A DNA stretch of 64,000 nt. It comes from a virus. Each line of letters starts with the position of its first letter. The stretch's first letter is position 1. Positions 37,262 to 45,577 of this stretch are shown piece after piece. The translations under genes were made by a program, and so were the position numbers. The notes beneath the pieces were generated by a model that did no database searches, was not told the origin of the DNA, and worked only from the letters and a program-made list of their open reading frames with translations. The stretch lies in the IMG/VR virus record IMGVR_UViG_3300045988_149975; one strand, 5' to 3'.

Positions 37262-38551
37262 TTATGCCCCTAATTTTTCCACAATCTCATCTTTTGTAAA
37301 ACCAAGGTTTTTATAAAGACTCCGTGGATTTTCTACATATTCGTATTTTAAAATGGTAGTCTTACCATTTTCTTCCATTGTTTCATATTTAACTGTATCT
37401 GTATTCTTGCCTGCTTTTTCTACCTCACCTGCATAAATCCAAATATAATCATCAAATAATAGATTACCCCATAAAGGCTTCCAAACTTCCTCGTTGAAAT
37501 TTTCTGCCATATAATAGTAATCCTCTTTAGAACTTAATACTTTTGGTATACCTCTCATTAATAACTCAATCCTTTCTTTAACAGAATCTAATTTTATACT
37601 TTTACGAAAATTATAGGTATTTGCCCACTTCATCCAACCTTCTATACTGGCTACCATACCTCTTGCATAGTCCAAATCTAAATCAGCAGTCTTTAATAGA
37701 CTATCCAATTTTCTAAACCTGCGTTTTATCCTTTTTGCTGTACTCTTTCTTAATAAAACACAGTTGTTAGGAAATGTCCTATAACCAAGAAAGTCTACAC
37801 CTTGCGTTATAGGAAATACATTACTTTTACTTAATAACAGGTTTAACTTATCATAAGCAAATACCTTCGCTTTTTCAGCTACCTCATGTAACTCCTTCTT
37901 ATCATTACCGAAAATTATAAAATCATCACAATACCTTATATATGCACTACATTTTAAATCATACTTTATATAAGTGTCTAATTCATTCATGTATAGATTA
38001 CCAAACCACTGTGAAAGATAATTTCCAATAGGTACGCCCGCCTTTCTATGACCAAATTCCTCTACATATCTTTCAAGTTTTCCACGCATTATATCAGCAT
38101 CTTTACGCCCTTCAAAATTCTTCAAATAACCTATATTAGCTTCTCTTGTTGCAAGGCTATCTATTATTATATCAAGAATACTTAATAAATCTTTATCTTT
38201 AATCTTTTTACGCAATATTATTTTCAATATTTCATGGTCAATATTTACATAAAATTGTGAAATATCAAGTTTAGCACAATACTTATACTTTCTTACATAT
38301 TCAGAGCATTTTATCATTCCCTTATGCTGCCCCTTACCTTTACGACAAGCATAACTATCATATATAAATAAACTATCCCAAATAGGCTCTAACACATTCA
38401 TTATAGCATGATGTACTATTCTATCAGGATAATATGGAAGTACATAAATTAAACGCAATTTAGGCTCATACATTGAATAAATCCTATAAACGGAGTTCTT
38501 ATAATTTCCATCCATTAAATCTTTTTGTAATGATAATAGGTTAGCTTCCAA
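37262..38551 (-). CDS. reverse transcriptase of a diversity-generating retroelement
   Basis: RT motifs in order: RIYSMYEPKLRLIYVLPYYPDRIVHHAIMNVLEP (1/2), LDISQFYVNIDH (A), KAGVPIGNYLSQWFGNLYMNELD (B'), YIRYCDDFIIFG (YxDD). 429 aa. Lies 3' of a TR/VR pair. Confidence 0.8.
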   Translation of the reverse strand: MEANLLSLQKDLMDGNYKNSVYRIYSMYEPKLRLIYVLPYYPDRIVHHAIMNVLEPIWDSLFIYDSYACRKGKGQHKGMIKCSEYVRKYKYCAKLDISQFYVNIDHEILKIILRKKIKDKDLLSILDIIIDSLATREANIGYLKNFEGRKDADIMRGKLERYVEEFGHRKAGVPIGNYLSQWFGNLYMNELDTYIKYDLKCSAYIRYCDDFIIFGNDKKELHEVAEKAKVFAYDKLNLLLSKSNVFPITQGVDFLGYRTFPNNCVLLRKSTAKRIKRRFRKLDSLLKTADLDLDYARGMVASIEGWMKWANTYNFRKSIKLDSVKERIELLMRGIPKVLSSKEDYYYMAENFNEEVWKPLWGNLLFDDYIWIYAGEVEKAGKNTDTVKYETMEENGKTTILKYEYVENPRSLYKNLGFTKDEIVEKLGA

Positions 38552-38604
38552 ATTTTCTCTTACTTTAATAACCTCTGATAAATTTCCTTTACCTTTTCCT
38601 GCTT

Positions 38605-38910
38605 TTAATTCAGCAATTTTAAGATTTTCAATATCAATAATTCTATTCCAAAGATTTCCATATCTTCGTATTTGAAAAACACCCTCTCTATTAAAAAGTT
38701 TAACAAATTGGCACTCTTTATAAAGAGTGCCAAAATGCTATTTAGGTATTTAGGTAAATTGATTTTCGCCTTAACTACTAACCCCTTTACCATCCTGTAA
38801 TGTGTTTCTGCTTTCGCAGAGGATAGAGATTCAGCCGAAGGATTAGCTTTATACCTATTGTATGATACCTTCGTATCACTACAGCTACGCTCGCCGTTGT
38901 TAGAGTTCAC
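38605..38910 (-). CDS. questionable ORF in the DGR spacer
   Basis: 101-aa ORF overlapping the TR 3' end and a 12-bp-stem hairpin (38707..38732). This region is normally a structured non-coding RNA in DGRs. Confidence 0.2.
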   Translation of the reverse strand: MNSNNGERSCSDTKVSYNRYKANPSAESLSSAKAETHYRMVKGLVVKAKINLPKYLNSILALFIKSANLLNFLIERVFFKYEDMEIFGIELLILKILKLLN

Positions 38911-38992
38911 ATTCGCTGAAGCATTATTGACATTAACTGAACGAGAACTGCAACTCGAACTGTTATTCCAGTTACTGCCGAGTTTCGCCTTT
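38877..38992 (-). repeat. DGR template repeat (TR)
   Basis: 116 bp aligning with 39151..39266. About 32 mismatches, every one at a plus-strand T of the TR, which is an A on the transcribed minus strand, changed to C, A or G in the VR. Confidence 0.8.
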
Positions 38993-39124
38993 ATAACCTC
39001 TACCCTTTTAGTTGCAACTATTTATATATATAAATTGGGGGTACGAGATGGTTGTCTACATTACCTCTCCAAGTTTATATCAACTTAAACACCACATTAA
39101 CTTGAATTAATGGGCTACGCCAAC

Positions 39125-40186
39125 TCAATTCCCAAGTTTATGGAGCGGCTCACCACAGCCACGCCCGCCGCTGAAAGAGTCCACAAGCGCCGAAGCACCA
39201 TTGACATCAACCGAACGAGAACCGCAACCCGAACCGCCACCCCAGAGACCGCCGAGCCTCGCCCTGTACAAAGTACCATAGCTTCTACCATAAGACTGGT
39301 CATCTACACCACTATTATATACAGAATCATTCCAACCACTTGAACCGTTTACACCAACATCACTTGCCCATTGCCATAAGAAACCACAAGCATCTTCAAG
39401 CCCATAATTACTTATCATTCTTCTGCCCGCTGTATCAACGTGTCCACCAGTTGTATTGGCATCTGTACTACCTTGTATATTAGTACCTTCATTACTTCCT
39501 TTTGCCGCCACCTGAAACTCATATCTCCACGGCAATCTTTTCTTTATATCAGCAAGTCTTTCTACAAACTGTTCACCATGAAATTTCTTTGTAGAAGCAC
39601 CATCTGCTGTTGTTCCACCATTTACACTCACAAGTTTACTTCCATTCCACGAGTTTAAGTAAATGTCCATCCATATATCTACTTCAGGAATATAAACCAT
39701 TCCTTCAGGTGAACATTTTGGGCGATGAATTAAATCCCATACTGATTGTGGTAATATATCACCTGCTACATAACCACTTAATGTATGCCCGCTTATCGTA
39801 CCCACATTTGTACATAAACAATGGAAACCACCTATTTTTCTACTATTATCTGCATTATAACCATTAGGTACAGTAGAATTTAAAGATAATACAAAATCTA
39901 ATCCATTATTTTCTACTGCATACACATAAACATCTTTACCGTTTCTATTTGCCAAACTTAAAGACAATGTTTTATCCATATCAGTAGAGTATACATTATC
40001 ATTTATTCTTAAAACCATCCCCGCAGGTATTGTTACAGTAGTCTTATTTGTAGTCATTAAACTTTTTCTATTAAAATAAGTATCAATATACTTTGCCAAA
40101 ATTTCTTCACTAAAATTTTCACCATCTATTAAAGAGTTTAAATATGCTCTAATTGTTTCTACCCTTAAATTATTTAATTTATCCAT
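39125..40186 (-). CDS. DGR target (variable) protein, probable receptor-binding tail protein with a C-type-lectin/FGE-like C-terminus
   Basis: 353-aa ORF in the tail-fibre region. The C-terminal Gly/Cys-rich segment (GGLWGGGSGCGSRSVDVNG...GGRGCGEPLHKLGN) carries the VR. Confidence 0.65.
   Translation of the reverse strand: MDKLNNLRVETIRAYLNSLIDGENFSEEILAKYIDTYFNRKSLMTTNKTTVTIPAGMVLRINDNVYSTDMDKTLSLSLANRNGKDVYVYAVENNGLDFVLSLNSTVPNGYNADNSRKIGGFHCLCTNVGTISGHTLSGYVAGDILPQSVWDLIHRPKCSPEGMVYIPEVDIWMDIYLNSWNGSKLVSVNGGTTADGASTKKFHGEQFVERLADIKKRLPWRYEFQVAAKGSNEGTNIQGSTDANTTGGHVDTAGRRMISNYGLEDACGFLWQWASDVGVNGSSGWNDSVYNSGVDDQSYGRSYGTLYRARLGGLWGGGSGCGSRSVDVNGASALVDSFSGGRGCGEPLHKLGN
39151..39266 (-). repeat. 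DGR variable repeat (VR) at the 3' end of the target gene
   Basis: See TR. Lies inside the last 50 codons of ORF 39125..40186, ending about 25 nt before its stop. Confidence 0.8.
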
Positions 40187-40197
40187 TATCTCACTCC

Positions 40198-40470
40198 TTA
40201 AACTTTCAATTTATAGTAATACTTACCACTTATAGGCTCTTCCAAAACAATATTATTGCTGCTTGTATCATATAAAACAGAATTATTATTACTATCTACT
40301 ACTGCAAGCGGTAATCTTTCTGCCGTTACTGCTAAAGTATATACATCCCCACTTTGTGTAAAATCATCGGCAGAAAAAGACTGTGACTCTGCTGTACTTC
40401 CACTACTGCCGCTATTTGCTACATTTATAAGTTCCCAAGTTACAGAACCATCTACAATTAAACTACTCAT
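40198..40470 (-). CDS. hypothetical protein
   Basis: 90-aa ORF. Confidence 0.4.
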   Translation of the reverse strand: MSSLIVDGSVTWELINVANSGSSGSTAESQSFSADDFTQSGDVYTLAVTAERLPLAVVDSNNNSVLYDTSSNNIVLEEPISGKYYYKLKV

Positions 40471-40482
40471 TTTATTTCCTCC

Positions 40483-40710
40483 TTATATAATTAAGAATAA
40501 ATACCATACCCCTAAAACCGCACCTAATATTATAAAATACTTTATGTATATTAAAATATAAAGCGCAATTAAATCATACATGGTCATTACATGGGCAGAG
40601 GTACGATTACTAATACAATAACTAAATACTATACAAACTATTACTGCTAATACAAACCATACTGCTAATGCTATCTCTAAAACCCCAATCATTCTTCTAC
40701 CTCTTTCCAT
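40483..40710 (-). CDS. small membrane protein (2 TM)
   Basis: 75 aa, hydrophobic. Confidence 0.4.
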   Translation of the reverse strand: MERGRRMIGVLEIALAVWFVLAVIVCIVFSYCISNRTSAHVMTMYDLIALYILIYIKYFIILGAVLGVWYLFLII

Positions 40711-41399
40711 CCTTGCGGATATGCTTCAGGACTCCATACATTATTATCTATTACACTTTCATAAATTTTTCCATTGAATTTTACTTTGTCACCTTTCATA
40801 TAAGGATTAGTTGAAGATGGTTGCTCCCAATCTAATATTTCTCCCTCACTTGTCAGCACTTTTGCAAATAAAGAGGGCGCAGAAGTTGGTGTCCATCCTT
40901 CTTGAGATGTATGATTTTGTAATACTTTGTATAATACATTATTATATAATACTTTATCACCTACTACATATTCTTTACTATTACCATTCCAGTGAGGGAA
41001 TACTTCGGTCATTTTTAACGCCGCTCCATCACTAATAGAACGCAGTTTAGTTTGATAAGTATTCTTTGTTTCTACTAAATCATCATCTGCTAATGACATC
41101 ATCATAGCATTTATGGCTAAAGTTTGTAATTCATTTTTTGCTGCCGCTGCTTCTTGTTCATCTAACTCATCTTGTGTTGGCACATAAGGTGGCTCTTCTT
41201 CATAAACTACTTCACCATCTACTTCCTTGCGTATATACACTTTACCATCCGTATTACCTATAAGTAATTGATAATCTTCCTCATTAATCTCTATATAACC
41301 TTCATCTAAAAGTTCTTGTATTCTTTCTTCTGTCATTTCTTCTTTTACATAAGTTTCTTGACGATTTCCATTTTCATCGAACTTAATAATATATGTCAT
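40689..41399 (-). CDS. hypothetical protein (possible tail-fibre assembly or accessory protein)
   Basis: 236-aa acidic ORF immediately downstream of the tail-fibre cassette region. Confidence 0.4.
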   Translation of the reverse strand: MTYIIKFDENGNRQETYVKEEMTEERIQELLDEGYIEINEEDYQLLIGNTDGKVYIRKEVDGEVVYEEEPPYVPTQDELDEQEAAAAKNELQTLAINAMMMSLADDDLVETKNTYQTKLRSISDGAALKMTEVFPHWNGNSKEYVVGDKVLYNNVLYKVLQNHTSQEGWTPTSAPSLFAKVLTSEGEILDWEQPSSTNPYMKGDKVKFNGKIYESVIDNNVWSPEAYPQGWKEVEE

Positions 41400-41460
41400 A
41401 TTATCATTCCTTTCTTTCAGTTTTCATAATTTATATGCCCATCATCAGAAAGTATATCTT

Positions 41461-41529
41461 TGGACAATCTCCAAAGGTACTAATGGTTGGGCGAGGGAGA
41501 GTAGCACAGGATTCACAATTCAATGGGGG
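41461..41529 (+). repeat. inverted copy of the tail-fibre junction (encodes WTISKGTNGWARESSTGFTIQWG)
   Basis: 31 bp (41462..41492) identical to the reverse complement of 42572..42602 in gene 42322..43755. The next 37 bp encode the same peptide with different codons (version 1: GGATTCACAATTCAATGGGGG). Confidence 0.7.
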
Positions 41530-41750
41530 AGAGGCACAACATCTTCAAATTGGAATACAAAAATTTTTTTAATAGAAGTTTTAGTAGTATTTATACTATA
41601 AATTTAGATATTTATAATCCTAATGGTAGTCCTGCAAGTGGGGTTTATCAGGACAGCGGCGGTATTACGTATTTTGATAATGATGGTTTTTACGGCGGTT
41701 TTTCACGAGTTGGTTACACGTTTTTTTGGATAGCAGTAGGTATATCTTAA
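41530..41750 (+). other. silent tail-fibre C-terminal cassette D (promoterless, +1 frameshift in an A5T7 run)
   Basis: Encodes ...FNRSFSSIYTINLDIYNPNGSP...GYTFFWIAVGIS*, homologous to the A, B and C tails (FPRxFxT motif, W-x-A-x-G-I-S end). The reading frame changes between the junction copy and the cassette at AAAAATTTTTTT (41559..41570). Confidence 0.55.
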
Positions 41751-41751
41751 T

Positions 41752-41801
41752 GTTTGCTGAAATGCAATTTTTAAAAATTTAAAAATTGCATTTCAGCAAA
41801 C
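41752..41801. repeat. 50-bp perfect palindrome (23-bp stem, 4-nt loop)
   Basis: GTTTGCTGAAATGCAATTTTTAA-AAAT-TTAAAAATTGCATTTCAGCAAAC. Sits between the convergent ends of cassettes D and B. No flanking U-tract. Confidence 0.9.
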
Positions 41802-41821
41802 AAATTAGCTTATTCCAATGG

Positions 41822-42070
41822 CTATCCAATTACATCTATTAAACCACGGGCTACCCCCATATCTTGTTGATATAAGTAAAATCCACTTTTATCTACAGTT
41901 CTTACTTGAAATTCTCCATCATATCTTGAGGGATTATTAGTATCAGTATTTACTAAACTTACCATCATAGTATAATAAGTAGTAAAAGTTCGAGGAAAAT
42001 TGAATTTACCAATTTGTTGTTCAGATGCACTATTAGTGCCTACTACTTGCCCCCATTGAATTGTGAATCC
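41822..42070 (-). other. silent tail-fibre C-terminal cassette B (no start codon, preceded by an in-frame stop)
   Basis: Reverse complement encodes *GFTIQWGQVVGTNSASEQQIGKFNFPRTFTTYYTMMVSLVNTDTNNPSRYDGEFQVRTVDKSGFYLYQQDMGVARGLIDVIG*. The junction uses DNA version 1 (plus 42050..42070). Confidence 0.65.
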
Positions 42071-42101
42071 TTAAAAATTCACTTTATAAACCCCATTTTA
42101 T

Positions 42102-42329
42102 ACTGGTTTTACTATACAATGGGGTTCAACTGGTACTTTAAGCGGCACTGCAACAATTTCTTTTCCTCGCACATTTTCTACTGTTTATCAAGTTATACCT
42201 GTCGGAAATGTAGAAGAAACAAATGAAAACTGGGGTTTCCCATTAAATGAACGTCCTACAACAAAGAATTTTAAAGCTGCACATTGGTATAGTGGTCAGT
42301 GGAGATACATTGCAGTAGGAATTAGCTAA
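42102..42329 (+). other. silent tail-fibre C-terminal cassette C (no start codon, preceded by an in-frame stop)
   Basis: Encodes TGFTIQWGSTGTLSGTATISFPRTFSTVYQVIPVGNVEETNENWGFPLNERPTTKNFKAAHWYSGQWRYIAVGIS*. The junction uses DNA version 2 (GGTTTTACTATACAATGGGG, 42105..42124). Its stop lies in the palindrome GGAATTAGCTAATTCC shared with gene A. Confidence 0.65.
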
Positions 42330-43755
42330 TTCCAATAGCATACCATAATAAATATCCTCCTGTAGTATACATTTGACCCCAAAGCCAATTAAAATTTGTT
42401 GTAGAAAAAGATTTTATACGGGAAGTATATTTTTCGTCATTAGTATTTAAACCTGTTTGTGTTAAATATACTCCATATAAAGTTGTAAACTTTCTGGGAA
42501 AAGTTGTAGTACCGGCTACTGCTTTGCCTGTAGTTCCCCATTGTATAGTAAAACCAGTAGATGATTCACGTGCCCAACCATTAGTACCTTTGGAGATTGT
42601 CCATCCATTATTAGTAATACTACCACTTCCGCCGCCGATTCCTGCACCATCAGCAGGGTCAGGTGAAGGCTGTGTACTTCCTGTTGTACCTGCTACTTTA
42701 CATACCAAAAAACAACCTGCATATTGCTTACCTACAAGTTTACGCACTGTATCTCTTGTAACAGTTTCATTAGGCTGCCAATATCCAGTATCTACATCTG
42801 TTAAAACTCTTTTCCATACATAATTAGTATCTTCACTTGCTGTATCAATAGAAAATTGCAATACATAATTTACTGCATACCCATTTCCACTCTCTGTTGT
42901 AATCTCATAAAAAACATGATTAGTATGCGCTCTTACTACTGTCAAATTACCAGTTTGAGAAGGATAATTATATGTATTACCTTCCCCACCAATTCCCACT
43001 ATGAGCATTGAATTTGCAGGTAAAGCATTACCTATTGCATAAGGTGAATTATCTAATACTCCCCCGCTTAACCCTATTTGACTTAATTGACTATAAGTCT
43101 TAATATTTGTTAAATCATTAAGCGATTTTTTATTTACCACATCATAATCATTTACAGGGCTTTTATCTGTCTGTAAACTTTTAAATAATGTAGGGATTAC
43201 ATTCATATCACTACCTAAAGTTACTAAATTCGTAACAGATGTATTTACCACAGGGGCAATCCACTCTTCTGTTGTATAACCACTTACCCATAAAGTATCT
43301 GCATTACCAGTTGTTAGTTTTAAGCCCGCATATTTTATATTATTATATGTAAAAGTACAAGGCTCTGCTTTGGCATCATCACTATTTGTAGTATTAAAAT
43401 TTACATTACATTCATTAGAATTGTGTACTTTTTGTAAATTAATGTCACAATTTACCGCTGCTGTACTACCATTTTTAGTAGACATTACTACCTTCAATGA
43501 GCAAGCAGAGAATTTTGCAATATCTATATTATCTAATACTGCTAAAGGCAATACCTGTGTAGTACCTGTTCCTAAAGTTGTTTCATGAATTAAGAATTTA
43601 GCATTAGTTCCTTTAAACTGTACAGGCATTACCTGCCAACGAGAAGCATCATCTACATATTCTTTTAAAGAATTAAAATTCTCATTTAATAAAGGGGCAA
43701 GTTCTGTATCTACATATTCTTCCCCTGTAAAAATGTGTAAATCTCCTAAAGCCAT
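42322..43755 (-). CDS. tail fibre / receptor-binding protein with an exchangeable C-terminal domain (expressed copy, cassette A)
   Basis: 477 aa. C-terminus ...WTISKGTNGWARESSTGFTIQWG-TTGKAVAGTTTFPRKFTT...GGYLLWYAIGIS*. The junction peptide and 31 bp of DNA recur in inverted orientation at 41461..41529 and 42102..42124. Confidence 0.7.
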   Translation of the reverse strand: MALGDLHIFTGEEYVDTELAPLLNENFNSLKEYVDDASRWQVMPVQFKGTNAKFLIHETTLGTGTTQVLPLAVLDNIDIAKFSACSLKVVMSTKNGSTAAVNCDINLQKVHNSNECNVNFNTTNSDDAKAEPCTFTYNNIKYAGLKLTTGNADTLWVSGYTTEEWIAPVVNTSVTNLVTLGSDMNVIPTLFKSLQTDKSPVNDYDVVNKKSLNDLTNIKTYSQLSQIGLSGGVLDNSPYAIGNALPANSMLIVGIGGEGNTYNYPSQTGNLTVVRAHTNHVFYEITTESGNGYAVNYVLQFSIDTASEDTNYVWKRVLTDVDTGYWQPNETVTRDTVRKLVGKQYAGCFLVCKVAGTTGSTQPSPDPADGAGIGGGSGSITNNGWTISKGTNGWARESSTGFTIQWGTTGKAVAGTTTFPRKFTTLYGVYLTQTGLNTNDEKYTSRIKSFSTTNFNWLWGQMYTTGGYLLWYAIGIS

Positions 43756-43767
43756 TCATTTACCTCC

Positions 43768-44961
43768 TTAATCATTATATCTCAATATAATCCATCCGTC
43801 TTGTCCTGGACTTGCACCACCTGCATAAGAAATGCCATTTGCACCATCATGTCCTTTAACCCAAGTCCAACCATCATCACTTTTTCGTGAAACATAACCA
43901 CCACTACCTGCACCACCGCCTCTTGCAGTAGCACCAAAAGCAGTAGTATTTCCACCTGCTGTACCACTTCCTGCACTTACAGGAGTTTCACCTTTTCTTG
44001 TAGCATCACTACCATTAGTGCCACCTTTACCTACTACAAGACTATACTTTTGACCCGCTGTAACATTTACAGTACCACTTACTAATTCGCCAGTACCGCC
44101 ATCACCACCATAACCTACTCCATGGTAGACATCATCTTGGTCATCATAATCGGCTCTTGCAGTACCACCTGCACCACCACCTGCACCATAAAGTGAATAG
44201 TTTACAGTTTTTACATTTGCAGGGCAAGTCCATTGCTGACTACTTGTAATTTTTAAATAATTTTTATAACCACTATATGTAACCTCTACTTGAAAAGGGT
44301 CAATATACAATGCTGCGTGTTTATTATTATTCTCATACATTCTAATCCACAAATCAAAAGTATTAACGCCGCCTTTTAAGCCAACTTCAATATTCTCACC
44401 TAAAGTCATCCATTTAATAACGCCTGGCATATTACTCTCATCTGCTCTACCTGTACTATAAGGATAGAAAATACTTTCAGCTAATGTATGCTGTCCTGTA
44501 TCTGTTAAAATATCGTTACCAAAACGTGTTTGAAACTGATAAGCAGAGTTTCTTCTATAATTATGATAATCATTGTAACTACCTGCCCATTTAACTTTAG
44601 AAGTTATAGTATATAAACCATCTTCAGGAACATTAACAGTACAACTTAAAACCTTGGCTAAACCATAACTTGCACTCCCGCCTGATATATACTTGTAAAA
44701 ATGTCCTGTAGAAACAAACGGTTCACCTTGTTCAAATGCAGATGTTAAAAAATAGTACCTTATACCGTCTACTATTACACCTGCATTTACACTCATATCA
44801 GAACGTGTTGTAGTAAGAGGAGCATAAAGATCTTTATTAAATGTTTTTATCCGTACATATTTTCCATTATAAAAATCTCTATAATCATCATATAAAGGGA
44901 GGCTATGTTTTGCTGAACCTATTGTTAAATTTAATCTTGTTTTTGTATCTATATTAGCCAT
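43768..44961 (-). CDS. glycine-rich tail fibre protein
   Basis: 397 aa with long G-rich runs (GAGGGAGGT..., GYGGDGGTGE, GGGAGSGG) typical of fibre shafts. Confidence 0.5.
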   Translation of the reverse strand: MANIDTKTRLNLTIGSAKHSLPLYDDYRDFYNGKYVRIKTFNKDLYAPLTTTRSDMSVNAGVIVDGIRYYFLTSAFEQGEPFVSTGHFYKYISGGSASYGLAKVLSCTVNVPEDGLYTITSKVKWAGSYNDYHNYRRNSAYQFQTRFGNDILTDTGQHTLAESIFYPYSTGRADESNMPGVIKWMTLGENIEVGLKGGVNTFDLWIRMYENNNKHAALYIDPFQVEVTYSGYKNYLKITSSQQWTCPANVKTVNYSLYGAGGGAGGTARADYDDQDDVYHGVGYGGDGGTGELVSGTVNVTAGQKYSLVVGKGGTNGSDATRKGETPVSAGSGTAGGNTTAFGATARGGGAGSGGYVSRKSDDGWTWVKGHDGANGISYAGGASPGQDGWIILRYND

Positions 44962-44965
44962 AACC

Positions 44966-45574
44966 TTAACTCCCTATAAAAATAGTATTACCATTAGTAG
45001 AGGTAAGTGAACCATCATCATTAAATACAGCCACATTATCAGGAATTACAGAATCATTGAGTTTCCCTTTTGATACCAAAACAGGAATCTGCCCTTCCTT
45101 TACGCCTAAATTTAATACACCTGTAGGAATTTTTCCATCTGCCCCTACCTGTACTATTTGATTAGCCTTTGTACCAGTATCAATTAAAGATGTAGCTATA
45201 TGGTTATTATCACCTACAGCTACTAATTGCCCATTTTCAACACCAGTATACATTAATGACATTTTAACTTTTTTAGTAAGAGGGTCTATCAAATTATCTA
45301 CCCTACTAATATCAATGTGCATACTATCAACATATTCTTTATCTACATAAGTTAAAGTAAGCTGCGCTATCTTAACCCATAATCTATCATGTACATTCGC
45401 TAAAACATATAATGCTAACTCATCTGTCCTAAAACACGCTTGCCCTAATTCCAAATTAGAAACTGGAAAGCTAATACCACTATTCTGTGATAAAAGACTT
45501 TGCCAGTTTTCATTCATTGGTGCAAGAGAATTAGCTATTGTCCATTCCTCTTGTATTGTCTGAACATTTTGCAA
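44966..45574 (-). CDS. tail fibre or baseplate-associated protein
   Basis: 202-aa ORF in the fibre cluster. Confidence 0.4.
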   Translation of the reverse strand: MQNVQTIQEEWTIANSLAPMNENWQSLLSQNSGISFPVSNLELGQACFRTDELALYVLANVHDRLWVKIAQLTLTYVDKEYVDSMHIDISRVDNLIDPLTKKVKMSLMYTGVENGQLVAVGDNNHIATSLIDTGTKANQIVQVGADGKIPTGVLNLGVKEGQIPVLVSKGKLNDSVIPDNVAVFNDDGSLTSTNGNTIFIGS

Positions 45575-45577
45575 TTC

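Noticed and set aside
39110-39343. Plus-strand ORF 39110..39343 and minus ORF 39115..39303 in the track
   Set aside because: Both lie in the GC-rich DGR variable repeat and overlap the real target gene 39125..40186. They are stop-free by composition only.
42014-42226. Plus-strand track ORF 42014..42226, and 41523..41750 read as an ordinary gene
   Set aside because: The biologically coherent reading frames here are the start-less cassette frames described above. The track ORF at 42014 is in the wrong frame relative to the conserved GFTIQWG junction. The ATG at 41523 is fortuitous, sitting inside the G run of the junction.
43782-43976. Minus ORF 43782..43976 (Q/V-rich) and 52968..53264
   Set aside because: Alternative frames nested inside the Gly-rich fibre gene and the tape measure gene respectively.
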